From a virus (lineage: Duplodnaviria; Caudoviricetes): a DNA stretch of 55,310 bases. How positions within the stretch are numbered: the first letter of the stretch is position 1; each line of letters starts with the position of its first letter. The stretch covers positions 1-55,310 of the IMG/VR virus record IMGVR_UViG_3300031839_002055. One strand, written 5' to 3'. Below, piece after piece: positions 1 to 8,995 of this stretch. The translations under genes were made by a program, and so were the position numbers. Below the pieces are notes generated by a model. It ran no database searches. It was not told the DNA's origin and saw only the letters and a list, made by a program, of their open reading frames with translations.

Positions 1-103
1 CGAGGCTCCGGCAGGCTTGGAAAACTGGCCGATACCCTACACCAGCGCGAGATGAAGATCAGCCCGACAGGTTTATCCAGGGGCGAACGGTTGCACCGGC
101 TCG

Positions 104-1216
104 TCACGCATCCTGACGTACCGGCAGCGTGACGCTCGCACCCAACCGCCCTGCACGCCTGTGCACTACCTTGTCGCCATACCGCTGGATAGGATCGGCA
201 AGGGTTCGCTTGACGAAAAAGGCGAACAGCACCAGTACGCCCAGCAACAGCGCCATGTACAGCGGGCCAGGCACGGTGAGCGCCGCAGGACCGAACCCGA
301 GGCGCTCGGCAAGAGCGAATAACGACGGATGCGACAGGAACACGACGTAGCCGATCCCGCCGAGCGGGGCAAGCCAGCGCAGCCAGGCGCCGGTGGCACG
401 AGTGGCGCTCAGGAAGATCGCAACCCCCACGCTGTAACTGACGAAGTAGCGGTACCAGGTCTCGCCCAAACCGGTGTCACGCGAATAGGCGAACACGCAG
501 ATCGGTAGCAGGAACAGGTAGAACAGCGTCACCGCGAGACGGGCGTAACGCCCGGTATTGGGCGCACGGCCATTGTCCGTTGCCCGCCATAGCGCACCGA
601 GAAAGCAGACGCTGAGCATCAGAGGCAAAGCCACCGGCAGCTTCACCTCGAGCTTGTAGCGCAGCACGGCGAGCAGCAGCGTGAATGCGTATTGAGCGAG
701 CAGAAACGCCAGATCCCACTTCGCCGAGCCTCCCAGGCGCAAGGCAAACAACAGGACACACAACACATAGAAGGTCAGCTCGATCTGCAAGGTCCAGTAC
801 AGCCCGATCACGTTCTCCACGAACACGAAGCCCTGCAGCATCGTCGCGTTGATCGCAACCACCCCCGGACTGAACACCCTCGCGGGATCGTCCCAGGGAA
901 ACATCACCCCGAGAAACAGCGAAAGCCAGTACAGGGGAAACAGCCTGAAGAAACGCTGGTAGGCGAACGCCGCTATCGGCCGCTCATAACGACTACGACT
1001 CTGATACAGCGCCGCGACGATGAAGTAACCGCTCAGCGCGAACAGCACCAGAACACTGGTCTTGCCGACATCCAGCACGGTCTTGCTGGCGAGGAAGAGG
1101 TAGTTGCTCATCTCGTCCAGCTGACCATCACGTTTCATCTTCGCAATGAGGTGGGAATAGGCGACGCACAAGGCCGCCACGCCGCGCAGGGCATCGAGCC
1201 CGAGTAATCGAGACAT
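104..1216 (-). CDS. Host acyltransferase family 3 (OafA/YrhL-like) membrane O-acyltransferase
   Basis: Motifs LDALRGVAALCVAYSH, FALSGYFI, RFFRLFPLYW, WTLQIELTFY; many hydrophobic segments; lies outside attL. Confidence 0.85.
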   Translation of the reverse strand: MSRLLGLDALRGVAALCVAYSHLIAKMKRDGQLDEMSNYLFLASKTVLDVGKTSVLVLFALSGYFIVAALYQSRSRYERPIAAFAYQRFFRLFPLYWLSLFLGVMFPWDDPARVFSPGVVAINATMLQGFVFVENVIGLYWTLQIELTFYVLCVLLFALRLGGSAKWDLAFLLAQYAFTLLLAVLRYKLEVKLPVALPLMLSVCFLGALWRATDNGRAPNTGRYARLAVTLFYLFLLPICVFAYSRDTGLGETWYRYFVSYSVGVAIFLSATRATGAWLRWLAPLGGIGYVVFLSHPSLFALAERLGFGPAALTVPGPLYMALLLGVLVLFAFFVKRTLADPIQRYGDKVVHRRAGRLGASVTLPVRQDA

Positions 1217-1672
1217 GTCTGCTGCTCACTTTTGATCAGAAGGGAGCGTCGCCAGCGCTACGGCGGCACGAACTGACGCGAGGGATTGGTGCCCGCGGAC
1301 GGCGACAGGCTGGTCGGCACAAGGCCGTAGGACGAATGCCGGGTGTGGCAAGGGCAAGCTACCGCCACAGGCGGAGTGGCCTGGGAGGTCGCGCGAGCAG
1401 TGAGGCGTCGGCACCTTGTTGCAGCACCCGCCGGGTGGCGGCCCCAGTGCTCGACAGGTTCGAAACTAGCGGCAGATTCGCGTCGAATCAACGTGTTCCG
1501 CCCAGCTACCGACAGATGACGCGCCGCGCTCGCCAATCGGTTGCCGACGTGCATCTGCCTGGGCCCCGCCCCGTGATAACCTTGCCGGTTTTCGGCGGAA
1601 CCGCGCAATGCGCGCGGCGCCACGCATGCGCCGCCACCGATTCCGCCATCAACGAATACGCACCGCACGACG

Positions 1673-1726
1673 ATGACCAAGCCCAACGCCGATCTCTCTG
1701 CCCACACCCCCATGATGCAGCAGTAG
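1673..1726 (+). pseudogene. mutS: Native 5' end of mutS cut off by prophage insertion (MTKPNADLSAHTPMMQQ-stop)
   Basis: In-frame ATG at 1673 reads the MutS N-terminal motif HTPMMQQ, then TAG where mutS has TAC. Confidence 0.9.
1712..1725 (+). repeat. attL core ATGATGCAGCAGTA
   Basis: Identical 14-mer at 52770..52783; the two copies bracket all phage genes. Confidence 0.92.
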
Positions 1727-1839
1727 TGTAAGAATCAGGCCGCAGGCCGCGCAGAATCAGCGCTTCAGCGATTAGCCGTCTAAAATACAACCGTTACATA
1801 GCGCATCTACAGGCCAGAAAACACGCGGCACGCTGACAT

Positions 1840-1851
1840 AGTATTAGACAG
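1840..1851 (+). repeat. Putative integrase arm-type site AGTATTAGACAG (left arm)
   Basis: Same 12-mer occurs twice at 52693 and 52713, on the other side of the att core. Confidence 0.7.
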
Positions 1852-1864
1852 CCAAGGAGGCACG

Positions 1865-2227
1865 ATGCCCGTCCGAATCATCGTCTGCGGAGGCCGCGAC
1901 TACGCCGACCGTGCCCGCGTTTTCGAAGTGCTCGACAAGGTCCACGCTTTGCGCGTCATCGCCGAAGTCATCCAGGGTGACGCGCCCGGCGCCGATAGCC
2001 TGGCCAAGGAATGGGCGAAGGCTCACGGCATCAAGCACACCGACTGCCCGGCAGACTGGAAGTCACTCGGTCGCCGAGCCGGCCCAATCCGAAACCGCTA
2101 CATGCTAACCCTCAAGCCAGACGGCGTCGTAGCATTCCCTGGCGGGCGAGGCACGCTCGATATGATCTCCGCAGCACAGGAGGCCGGCGTTCCGGTCTAC
2201 CGTCCTAGCCCGTCCGGGCAACTCTAA
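1865..2227 (+). CDS. SLOG superfamily (YspA/DUF2493-like) protein
   Basis: IIVCGGRDY, QGDAPGAD, AGPIRNRYML, AFPGGRGT motifs; RBS AAGGAGG at 1854..1860. Confidence 0.85.
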   Translation: MPVRIIVCGGRDYADRARVFEVLDKVHALRVIAEVIQGDAPGADSLAKEWAKAHGIKHTDCPADWKSLGRRAGPIRNRYMLTLKPDGVVAFPGGRGTLDMISAAQEAGVPVYRPSPSGQL

Positions 2228-2745
2228 TTCCCCTTCGTTACTTCTCTGGCCCACTCCTGCAGATACTCGAGCGCGGCTTGGTCATGCTTTATTCCTCGGC
2301 GGATATCCCAAACAGTTCGTCCAGCTGCTGCACTGAGTTCGACGCTGGCTGCATCGCCCACGCTGCCGGCGCCGGTGGCGGCGGACACGATGGCGTCGGC
2401 TCTGGCAACCTTGACCTCGATCCGCAGGCGGCGACGCTCATCGTCAGCAGAGCTATACAGACGCTCGAGGCGATCGTTTTCGGTGAGTGCATGGCTCAGT
2501 CTCTCGGTTGATTGTTGGTCGGCCTTGGCCAAGCGCTGCTCGAGCGCCAGACGGTCGGCCTGCTGCTTGAGGATCACCGCCGCATTGGCCTCGGCAACCT
2601 GGCGCAGAAGGGTCTGGTGCTCGGCCTGCGCCTGCGCGGCGTCAGACTGCGCCGATAGCACCCGCACTTGCTGCCCGCCGGCCACAACAGCCAGAGCCAG
2701 CACCCACCAGGCCCAGCCAGGCACGAACTTCAGCCAGGCGTTCAT
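2224..2745 (-). CDS. Rz-like inner-membrane spanin
   Basis: N-terminal TM segment, coiled coil, C-terminal LEYLQEW; directly follows the endolysin. Confidence 0.8.
   Translation of the reverse strand: MNAWLKFVPGWAWWVLALAVVAGGQQVRVLSAQSDAAQAQAEHQTLLRQVAEANAAVILKQQADRLALEQRLAKADQQSTERLSHALTENDRLERLYSSADDERRRLRIEVKVARADAIVSAATGAGSVGDAASVELSAAAGRTVWDIRRGIKHDQAALEYLQEWAREVTKGN
2289..2492 (-). CDS. Rz1-like outer-membrane lipoprotein spanin nested in Rz
   Basis: Signal peptide with lipobox VAAC and Pro-rich mature part (CPPPPAPAAWAM), in an alternative frame inside Rz. Confidence 0.75.
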   Translation of the reverse strand: MHSPKTIASSVCIALLTMSVAACGSRSRLPEPTPSCPPPPAPAAWAMQPASNSVQQLDELFGISAEE

Positions 2746-3254
2746 CGCATCACCTCACGCACGGCCGCGGCGAAGTTACGCCCCCACTTGGCGCGAAGCT
2801 CTGCGCGCTGCTCGGCAGTCCCTCGGTCATATGCGCCCGGGCGCCACGTCTTCAGGTACAGCCGCCAGGCGCCTTCCACGTCATCCTCGCTCGGCAGGCG
2901 GCCCGGATCGCTCCACAGCAGGAGGCGAGCCAGGCCAGCTGCGAGCACGTCGTCATGCTCGATGGCGGTCCAGATCGATCGGTTGTCAGGAGCAACGTCG
3001 CGCGCACGGTACAGCGCAGCGGCATGGGCTTTGGTGGCCTCATGCGTGCGAACGCCCTCCACCATTCCGCCGCCGAGCTCACCCTGCCAGAATGAACGGG
3101 CCGGGCCATTGCCCATCTGGCGCCGGTGGACAAATCGGCTTTCCTGCAGCCCGATAGCCAACAACATGATCTCAGCCTCTCGGCTCGACATTCGCGCAGG
3201 CAGCAGCGCGAGAGCGGGCGCTATGGCTCGCTCCCGTATTTCGGAGAGGGTCAT
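2742..3254 (-). CDS. Endolysin (lysozyme/transglycosylase-like fold)
   Basis: AIGLQES catalytic-Glu-like motif and GPARSFWQ; position immediately before the spanins. Confidence 0.7.
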   Translation of the reverse strand: MTLSEIRERAIAPALALLPARMSSREAEIMLLAIGLQESRFVHRRQMGNGPARSFWQGELGGGMVEGVRTHEATKAHAAALYRARDVAPDNRSIWTAIEHDDVLAAGLARLLLWSDPGRLPSEDDVEGAWRLYLKTWRPGAYDRGTAEQRAELRAKWGRNFAAAVREVMR

Positions 3255-3268
3255 GGGAAACTCCAGGC

Positions 3269-3295
3269 AAAAGAAAGCCCGCGCGCGGCGGGCTT
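3269..3295 (-). terminator. Intrinsic terminator-like hairpin
   Basis: AAGCCCGC-CGCGC-GCGGGCTT followed by TCTTTT on the minus strand. Confidence 0.6.
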
Positions 3296-3689
3296 AGCTG
3301 AACTTCAGCGCTCGTGTCCCTGCTGGGATCGGGTTTGAGGCCGGGCTGTGACGGAACCGCGTCTGTGTCGTGTCGACATAGACCCTAGTCCAGGTCGTGA
3401 TGGCTGAGCCGCCATCGATCGACAAGCCAGTGAATGGCAGTGACTCATAGTTGCCGCGAATGGTCAGCTCAAGGCGCCGCTCGACACCCTCGTACAGTTC
3501 ATAGATCAGGCCAATGATCTCGCCACTTGCTCCAACTGCCGGCGCTGTGTTCGGCAGCGCGCTGGCCCCGGCCGGAGTGATCGAGCCCATGGACCCATCG
3601 TAGTAGCCGCCGTATGACGATGTGTCGTAGGCAGCCACTATCTGGATAGTCGGGAAGCTGGTGAAGCCCGCCACCACGCCGGGCATCAT
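3294..3689 (-). CDS. Tail-fibre-associated protein (chaperone or tip adhesin)
   Basis: ATGA-coupled to the fibre stop; start taken as MMPGVVAG; beta-rich. Confidence 0.55.
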   Translation of the reverse strand: MMPGVVAGFTSFPTIQIVAAYDTSSYGGYYDGSMGSITPAGASALPNTAPAVGASGEIIGLIYELYEGVERRLELTIRGNYESLPFTGLSIDGGSAITTWTRVYVDTTQTRFRHSPASNPIPAGTRALKFS

Positions 3690-5254
3690 GCTGCCACCGT
3701 TTGGCCGATCACGTCCCATACGTCCGCACCAACTTTCTTGAGCGTGACGGTCATGCGGGCAGTCATACTGAGCGTGCCGCCTGACGGAGCGTTCAGCGTT
3801 ACGCCAGTCGCAGCGGCCAGCGTGATGTTCCCCGATGCCCTGATGGTGATCTCGGTGCCGACATCGAACGCCACGGATGCGTTTGTTGGAACTGTCAGCG
3901 TGATGGCGCTCGTGGTCCCTGGGCGCACGTAGTTCCAGGCGTCTGTCAGCGCCAGCGTGCGGCTGCCGGTCGTTGTGATAAGTGTGGACTTGTCCTGCTT
4001 AGTCGCGGGGTCGAAGTTGCCGGTGTGCCAAGCTTTAACCCATGGCGCCCACGTGGTTCCATTTTTGCCTCGCCATGCTAGGTCGCCAGAATTTGTTGGA
4101 GTGGCATACGGCCAGGCTATTTGCGTAAGAGCCCCGCCAGCAATACGGACGTAGTTTTGAAGATAAAAATAGTTACCGGCGCCGAAGTCTGGAGCATTAG
4201 CTACTCCTCCGCCAGCAGCCAAGATCCCATTGAATACTCCGTGACCCATTATCGTATTGCAGTCACCCGCTGTTGTTACAGCAGAGTCGACCTTGAAGTG
4301 CCTATAGTCTCCGCTATCCGGGCCGCCAAAAGCTCCTACGGCCATCAGCGCGCCGGGAGTGGTGTCGGTTGCCGAAGTCTGCATATTCGCATTAGCCGCG
4401 GTGCCCAGCAGATTGAGTCGAGCCTGAATCTTCCCGAACGCCGCCAGTACGGTGTCCGTCGCAGCTACCGCCGCAGAGCTGGCCAAGCTGAGCCCGGTCA
4501 GCACCGTGTTGCGCACGCGGCCTTCGTTGAAATAGAGGTTGGTCGAGCCCTCGGCCAGAGCGTCAGTAGTGCCCGGCGAGGGGTTTATCTCTGCGTAGAC
4601 TGAGCCGGTCCAGCGGTACTGCCGCGTCGGGTTCGCCGCGGTGCCTTGGTTGATGGCAATGTAGATTTTCCCGCCCTCGCCCGTCGCGGGGAACTGCGCC
4701 GTGGTGGCGAACTCCAGCACGTCATCGACGTAGCTCGGCAGCTGGCTGGGCGGAATCCGCGCGATCTCGTCCAGCGTGGCCACGCCGCCGGAGACGCCAC
4801 GCTCGCTGGTGTTGATCTTGTTATCCAGCGCGGTCTGCAGACCGGTCACGGTGCTGATCGCTTGCGTGCCGGTGTGGGTGGCCCGGTCGCGCAACTGGGC
4901 ATCCGTTGCGTTGGCCGTAGCCCCGGTAGCGATACCGTCCAGCTTCGTCTTCATCGCGCTCGCGGCCCACCAGGCGGCGATCGCCTGGAAGACGCGCTGA
5001 GCGGTCCAGGCGCGACGGGTCGTAGCGGTACCGGCTTCGGCTTCGGCCTGGGTGACGGTCGAGGCCGTCCACTCGCGGGCATCGGTGAGGCGGCTGTCGT
5101 TTGTGGCAATGCCCAGCTGCTTGACGGTGTTGTCGCTGTGTTTGGTGTATAGCTTGGCGTCGGCGGTATTGACCGCCAATTCGCCAATTTCGAGGTCAGC
5201 CGCCAGAGGTACTTTGCCAGGGACGGTCGACTTCTTGGTGAGTACGCGCGCCAT
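3686..5254 (-). CDS. Tail fibre protein
   Basis: N-terminal GELAVNTADAKLY module, Ala/Thr-rich fibre repeats, knob-like segment ending WAPW. Confidence 0.85.
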   Translation of the reverse strand: MARVLTKKSTVPGKVPLAADLEIGELAVNTADAKLYTKHSDNTVKQLGIATNDSRLTDAREWTASTVTQAEAEAGTATTRRAWTAQRVFQAIAAWWAASAMKTKLDGIATGATANATDAQLRDRATHTGTQAISTVTGLQTALDNKINTSERGVSGGVATLDEIARIPPSQLPSYVDDVLEFATTAQFPATGEGGKIYIAINQGTAANPTRQYRWTGSVYAEINPSPGTTDALAEGSTNLYFNEGRVRNTVLTGLSLASSAAVAATDTVLAAFGKIQARLNLLGTAANANMQTSATDTTPGALMAVGAFGGPDSGDYRHFKVDSAVTTAGDCNTIMGHGVFNGILAAGGGVANAPDFGAGNYFYLQNYVRIAGGALTQIAWPYATPTNSGDLAWRGKNGTTWAPWVKAWHTGNFDPATKQDKSTLITTTGSRTLALTDAWNYVRPGTTSAITLTVPTNASVAFDVGTEITIRASGNITLAAATGVTLNAPSGGTLSMTARMTVTLKKVGADVWDVIGQTVAA

Positions 5255-5275
5255 ATTGATGGGCTCCGAGCGAGA

Positions 5276-5734
5276 TTAGAAGGTGCCGCCGTCGACCAGC
5301 TCGACAGCCAGGGTGACGAAGCCATTACTGGCGTCTTTGGTCATTGCCATCGAGGCGTTCATGCGAAGCACGCCGTCGGTGCCATCGGTTCCCCACAGGT
5401 AACCGGAAGTCCCGCCAGCCACTACGGCGACCTTTTCATCCGCAGTCCCTTCTGGAATGTTTAGCGCGGTCTTGAATGCGTTGAAGGTGAGCTTCTTCTC
5501 CTTCTGCCCGGCCGCCTCGCTTGCGTCGTGAATGATGAGAAGGTCTGTTGCGCCATCGATTGCGGCCAGAGTGGTGAGGTCGTCGATTGCCGGAACGACT
5601 GGCAGCTTCGTTGTGGCGTCGGTCGCGACGTGCAGAGTTCCGCGGTCAGTGGTGACCATCGGCTCGCCGGCCAGCATCCCGGAGGTGGGCAGGTTGGACT
5701 TGATGCCGCGTTTCAGCTGAAGACGTGTTGCCAT
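5276..5734 (-). CDS. Tail fibre/adaptor protein with Mtd-N-like N-terminus
   Basis: RLQLKRG...LAGEPMVTTD; ends DGGTF. Confidence 0.6.
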   Translation of the reverse strand: MATRLQLKRGIKSNLPTSGMLAGEPMVTTDRGTLHVATDATTKLPVVPAIDDLTTLAAIDGATDLLIIHDASEAAGQKEKKLTFNAFKTALNIPEGTADEKVAVVAGGTSGYLWGTDGTDGVLRMNASMAMTKDASNGFVTLAVELVDGGTF

Positions 5735-5746
5735 GGGTGTGATTCC

Positions 5747-5956
5747 TTAATTGAAGGTGCCGCCGTCGATGGTTTGCAGGTCGAGGTTGGCGCGCGCCTC
5801 GGCCTTGGCTTGTTCGGTCGTGAGTTCGGAGAACCGGTTGGCTACCTGGAAGAAGTCGCCCGTTGCGGAGTTGACGCCGGGCGGCCCCTGCTCGCCGGCC
5901 ATGACGATGAGCGTTTCGGGTTCCGGCTCAAGCATCACTAGATGTTCACAGCTCAT
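5747..5956 (-). CDS. Small tail adaptor protein
   Basis: GEQGPPG, NRFSEL, ARANL; ends DGGTFN. Confidence 0.55.
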   Translation of the reverse strand: MSCEHLVMLEPEPETLIVMAGEQGPPGVNSATGDFFQVANRFSELTTEQAKAEARANLDLQTIDGGTFN

Positions 5957-6528
5957 TTGGTCACCTCACGACTGACGGTGACGGCTCCCTGGAGGTAGCG
6001 CTGGACGGTGCCGTCGGAATATTCGACCTCGAGGTCGTAAACGCCGTCGGTCCATGTGAGGGCGGCGGTCGCTGTGGCGCTTAGTGTGCGTGTAAGGGTT
6101 CCGGGGCCGGTGATCGCTAGGCCGCCATTTTCGGTCGTCAGCTCGAGCAGCACAGCGCCGCCGACCTGCTCGCGAATCTGCATGCGGGCGCTTGCGCCAG
6201 TCAGGTCTACCGGGGGCTTGTAGATCAGCTGCCCGCCGCTCGGATTAAGGCCGAACGCCGAAAGTGCGTTGATCTCCAGAGTGGATTCATCCACAACCGT
6301 GACGCGGTGCGGTCGCTCGCGCATCGAGCGGTTCACGCCCTGCATGTTGCTGACGCCTTCCACCCACGCCAGCCAGTTTCCAGGCAAGCCGTGCTCTACG
6401 GTGAGGCGCAATGGCGAGCCACCGAGCGCGGCGATCGGCCGGTATTCGTAGCGCGGCTGCATCAGCCGCATGGTGTCGCGCAGGGTCGAGCCCTGCACGA
6501 TGTGCAGATCGAGTTTTGCTGGCTGCAT
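5953..6528 (-). CDS. Tail-tip/fibre attachment protein (BppU-like)
   Basis: IVQGST, PVDLTGASARMQIR, GVYDLE, GAVTVSREVT motifs. Confidence 0.6.
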   Translation of the reverse strand: MQPAKLDLHIVQGSTLRDTMRLMQPRYEYRPIAALGGSPLRLTVEHGLPGNWLAWVEGVSNMQGVNRSMRERPHRVTVVDESTLEINALSAFGLNPSGGQLIYKPPVDLTGASARMQIREQVGGAVLLELTTENGGLAITGPGTLTRTLSATATAALTWTDGVYDLEVEYSDGTVQRYLQGAVTVSREVTK

Positions 6529-6544
6529 GGTTGCTCCGAAGGTG

Positions 6545-7411
6545 TTACGCGCTGGTCAAGGAAATGAAGTCAGGCACAGTGTCTTGCGCATTGCGCATCT
6601 CGATCTGGACGTAAACGTTTGGCGTGCCTTCGTTATCCCAGCGTTCGATTAGTACATTGGAGAGGCGTACCCGGCTTGCAATATTCATGGTTACGACCGA
6701 GCCATTGACTGTGCCCTGCCCAGCGCCCGTGTAGTCGACCAGCGTTGCGCTGAATACTTCGCCAGGCTGCAAGAGCGCCGCGAAATCAAGCGAAAGTGAA
6801 ATCGTCGCGGACGGCTGAGGCTCAACCTTCAAGAGGAACCCGGCCGGATTAGACGCCCATGCCGGCATAGTCATGGAAATGCCGAACTGACCCGCCGTCT
6901 GATATGGCGAGGAGATGCCGACCTCTTTGTCTGAACGAGCCAAGGTCGCTGTCGTGCCTACTGTCGAAGCCTGGTATTCGTTCAGCGGCGGGCACTCTGT
7001 CATTGGCATCCAGTCTTCAGGACCGGCATTGCCGACTGACACGAACAGGCGCTGGAACGGATGTGTCGTCACCACCCAAAGCAGACCGGCCGCGCTTGGT
7101 GTTTCGGTCGGCTGATCTGAGCTGACCGTTACTCCGGAGCCGCCAGAGGAAAGCGCCGCAAGCGTAGCCGCAGTCAGGCCGCAGTAGATTACGCTTCCGG
7201 CCGGCCAGCTCTGGTCGGTGGTTCCCTCAACAGCTCGAGTTAGCGCGGCAGAGCCGGCAACGACTACGGCATCAACGATCTCCCAGCGAGTAGCGCCGGC
7301 AGCAGAATCCGCCAGCGTGAGTCGGTACTCGCCGTCAGGCAGATCGAGCGGGCACGACGTTGCGCCCTGCTCCAGGGTGATCTCCCGGAGCCAGTTGTTT
7401 ACGTAGTTCAT
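6545..7411 (-). CDS. Minor tail protein
   Basis: WEIV...LTRAVEGT motif; in tail module. Confidence 0.55.
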   Translation of the reverse strand: MNYVNNWLREITLEQGATSCPLDLPDGEYRLTLADSAAGATRWEIVDAVVVAGSAALTRAVEGTTDQSWPAGSVIYCGLTAATLAALSSGGSGVTVSSDQPTETPSAAGLLWVVTTHPFQRLFVSVGNAGPEDWMPMTECPPLNEYQASTVGTTATLARSDKEVGISSPYQTAGQFGISMTMPAWASNPAGFLLKVEPQPSATISLSLDFAALLQPGEVFSATLVDYTGAGQGTVNGSVVTMNIASRVRLSNVLIERWDNEGTPNVYVQIEMRNAQDTVPDFISLTSA

Positions 7412-7414
7412 TGA

Positions 7415-8995
7415 TTACACCCAGGTAAAGAAGCCGCCGCCAAGGCGCGCGCGCTCTGTTTGGCCGGTAACGGGGTTGTAGGCGCCGGCCGCAAAACCGG
7501 TGTGGTAGTCCCATAGCGCCTGGCTGAAATTTGAAGCGAACCGGTCGTGACCGGGAATCAGGTTTCCGGTTGCCGTGTCTCCAGCGTCGACTCCTGACGG
7601 AGTGATGGCCGGGCCTGCCACGTACTCAAACTGATCGTTGCCCCTGCAACGCGCCATGGCTGAAATTACCTTGTTGCTGGATTGCATCCCGGCAAACCAA
7701 GTAAGTTCATAGCCATCGCTGCCATATGACGCAGCCGCTGCTTTGCGCGGCGCTCCGTCGTGGCGAGGGCCGACGGTTCCGCTCAACACCTCGCCATGAA
7801 TGGATGGAGAGCCTGCCACCGGAGCGTTCGTCTCGACGGTGGAATAGGTCGTAGACGAAAAGCGCAACGAATACGTTGTGACGTTCGGGTTCTGGTCTTC
7901 CGTGAAGGCTGCGGTGAACCATGGCAGGAAGCTGCCATTGCCGATCTTGACCAGTGCGGTGTACTGGTAGTCGCGCACGTACGGGCTCCACCACTGCTCC
8001 ATGTCGCCTCGCGAAACAGGCTCTTGAGCGCTGAGCGTCAGACTTGTGGAGATGCGGATGGTGACAAGCTGCGGCGTTCCGTCCGCTGCGTACCATCCTC
8101 CAATCACGCGATCCTTTGAGGCCGTAGCCGTCGACGTACCGTGACCATAGTTGATCGCGTACTTGTACGGCCCTGGTCCGGTGCTCGTGGTAAGCGGCTC
8201 ATATGGCGGGTTTGGTGGTTCACCCTCACCAGAATATTTGGACCAGCTGCCCGCCGACCCGACAAGCCACAGCGTCGCCTGGCTCAACGGCCCGCCATCC
8301 TGTCCGCTTACGTTGGTTCCGACCATGCAGCTCGTATGCCCGGCAAGCACGTTCACCGTCATGGATGTAAAGTCCGCTGAAAAAACGGCCTCGACAATGG
8401 CGCCAATTCCCTCGTCTTCATCGCGATCAACGCGGATCTGATACGGATATGCCGTGTAGCTCCGGGTGAAGCTCATGGCAAACATCCAGCGCCGACCGTC
8501 TGGCGTTGCATCAAGCAGAAAGCCATTGCCGTATTGGTTCGGCAACTGCTGTAGCTGCGCAACCGGCGCCCGCACATCCAAGAAGCGCGGCCCGGCCTGC
8601 AGGCTTATCACCGAGCGGACCTCTACGCCTAGAGCGGTGCCAAGGTTCACGGCCGACATGGAGATGCTGGCAAGTTCGCTTCCGATCCGAACGCGACGGC
8701 TGCCCAGGTTGAGCCCCCACGCATTGAAGAAAGCGGCATTCCCGGTTCCGCTCGCGATGTACTTGTTCCACAGCCTTGCCTCTGGGTCGTCCGGCTGTAT
8801 TGTTGGCTCTGGCAGGCCAAGGTCGACTAGATAGGTGTTCGTCGGAGTCGGGCCGGCAAACATGCTCGAGTAGATTTTGCGACCACTCGCCAGCTCGATA
8901 TACCGGGCGCCGGAGACAGGCGTGACGTAGAGGCCGTGCCACGGCATGCCGAAGGTAACCAGCTCCTCGCCAGCTACAAAATCATGAACTGACAT
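7415..8995 (-). CDS. Tail-tip protein, beta-rich, possible receptor binding
   Basis: Start taken at MSVHDF; FGMPWHG motif; in tail module. Confidence 0.55.
   Translation of the reverse strand: MSVHDFVAGEELVTFGMPWHGLYVTPVSGARYIELASGRKIYSSMFAGPTPTNTYLVDLGLPEPTIQPDDPEARLWNKYIASGTGNAAFFNAWGLNLGSRRVRIGSELASISMSAVNLGTALGVEVRSVISLQAGPRFLDVRAPVAQLQQLPNQYGNGFLLDATPDGRRWMFAMSFTRSYTAYPYQIRVDRDEDEGIGAIVEAVFSADFTSMTVNVLAGHTSCMVGTNVSGQDGGPLSQATLWLVGSAGSWSKYSGEGEPPNPPYEPLTTSTGPGPYKYAINYGHGTSTATASKDRVIGGWYAADGTPQLVTIRISTSLTLSAQEPVSRGDMEQWWSPYVRDYQYTALVKIGNGSFLPWFTAAFTEDQNPNVTTYSLRFSSTTYSTVETNAPVAGSPSIHGEVLSGTVGPRHDGAPRKAAAASYGSDGYELTWFAGMQSSNKVISAMARCRGNDQFEYVAGPAITPSGVDAGDTATGNLIPGHDRFASNFSQALWDYHTGFAAGAYNPVTGQTERARLGGGFFTWV

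Noticed and set aside
1778..1788. GTCTAAAATAC as an inverted arm site
   Set aside because: Needs a 2-nt insertion to match GTATTAGAC; too weak to call.
1226..1790. Several 60-150 aa ORFs in the acyltransferase-mutS intergenic region
   Set aside because: Low-complexity Arg/Ala/Pro translations; some cross attL; the region is better explained as divergent promoters.
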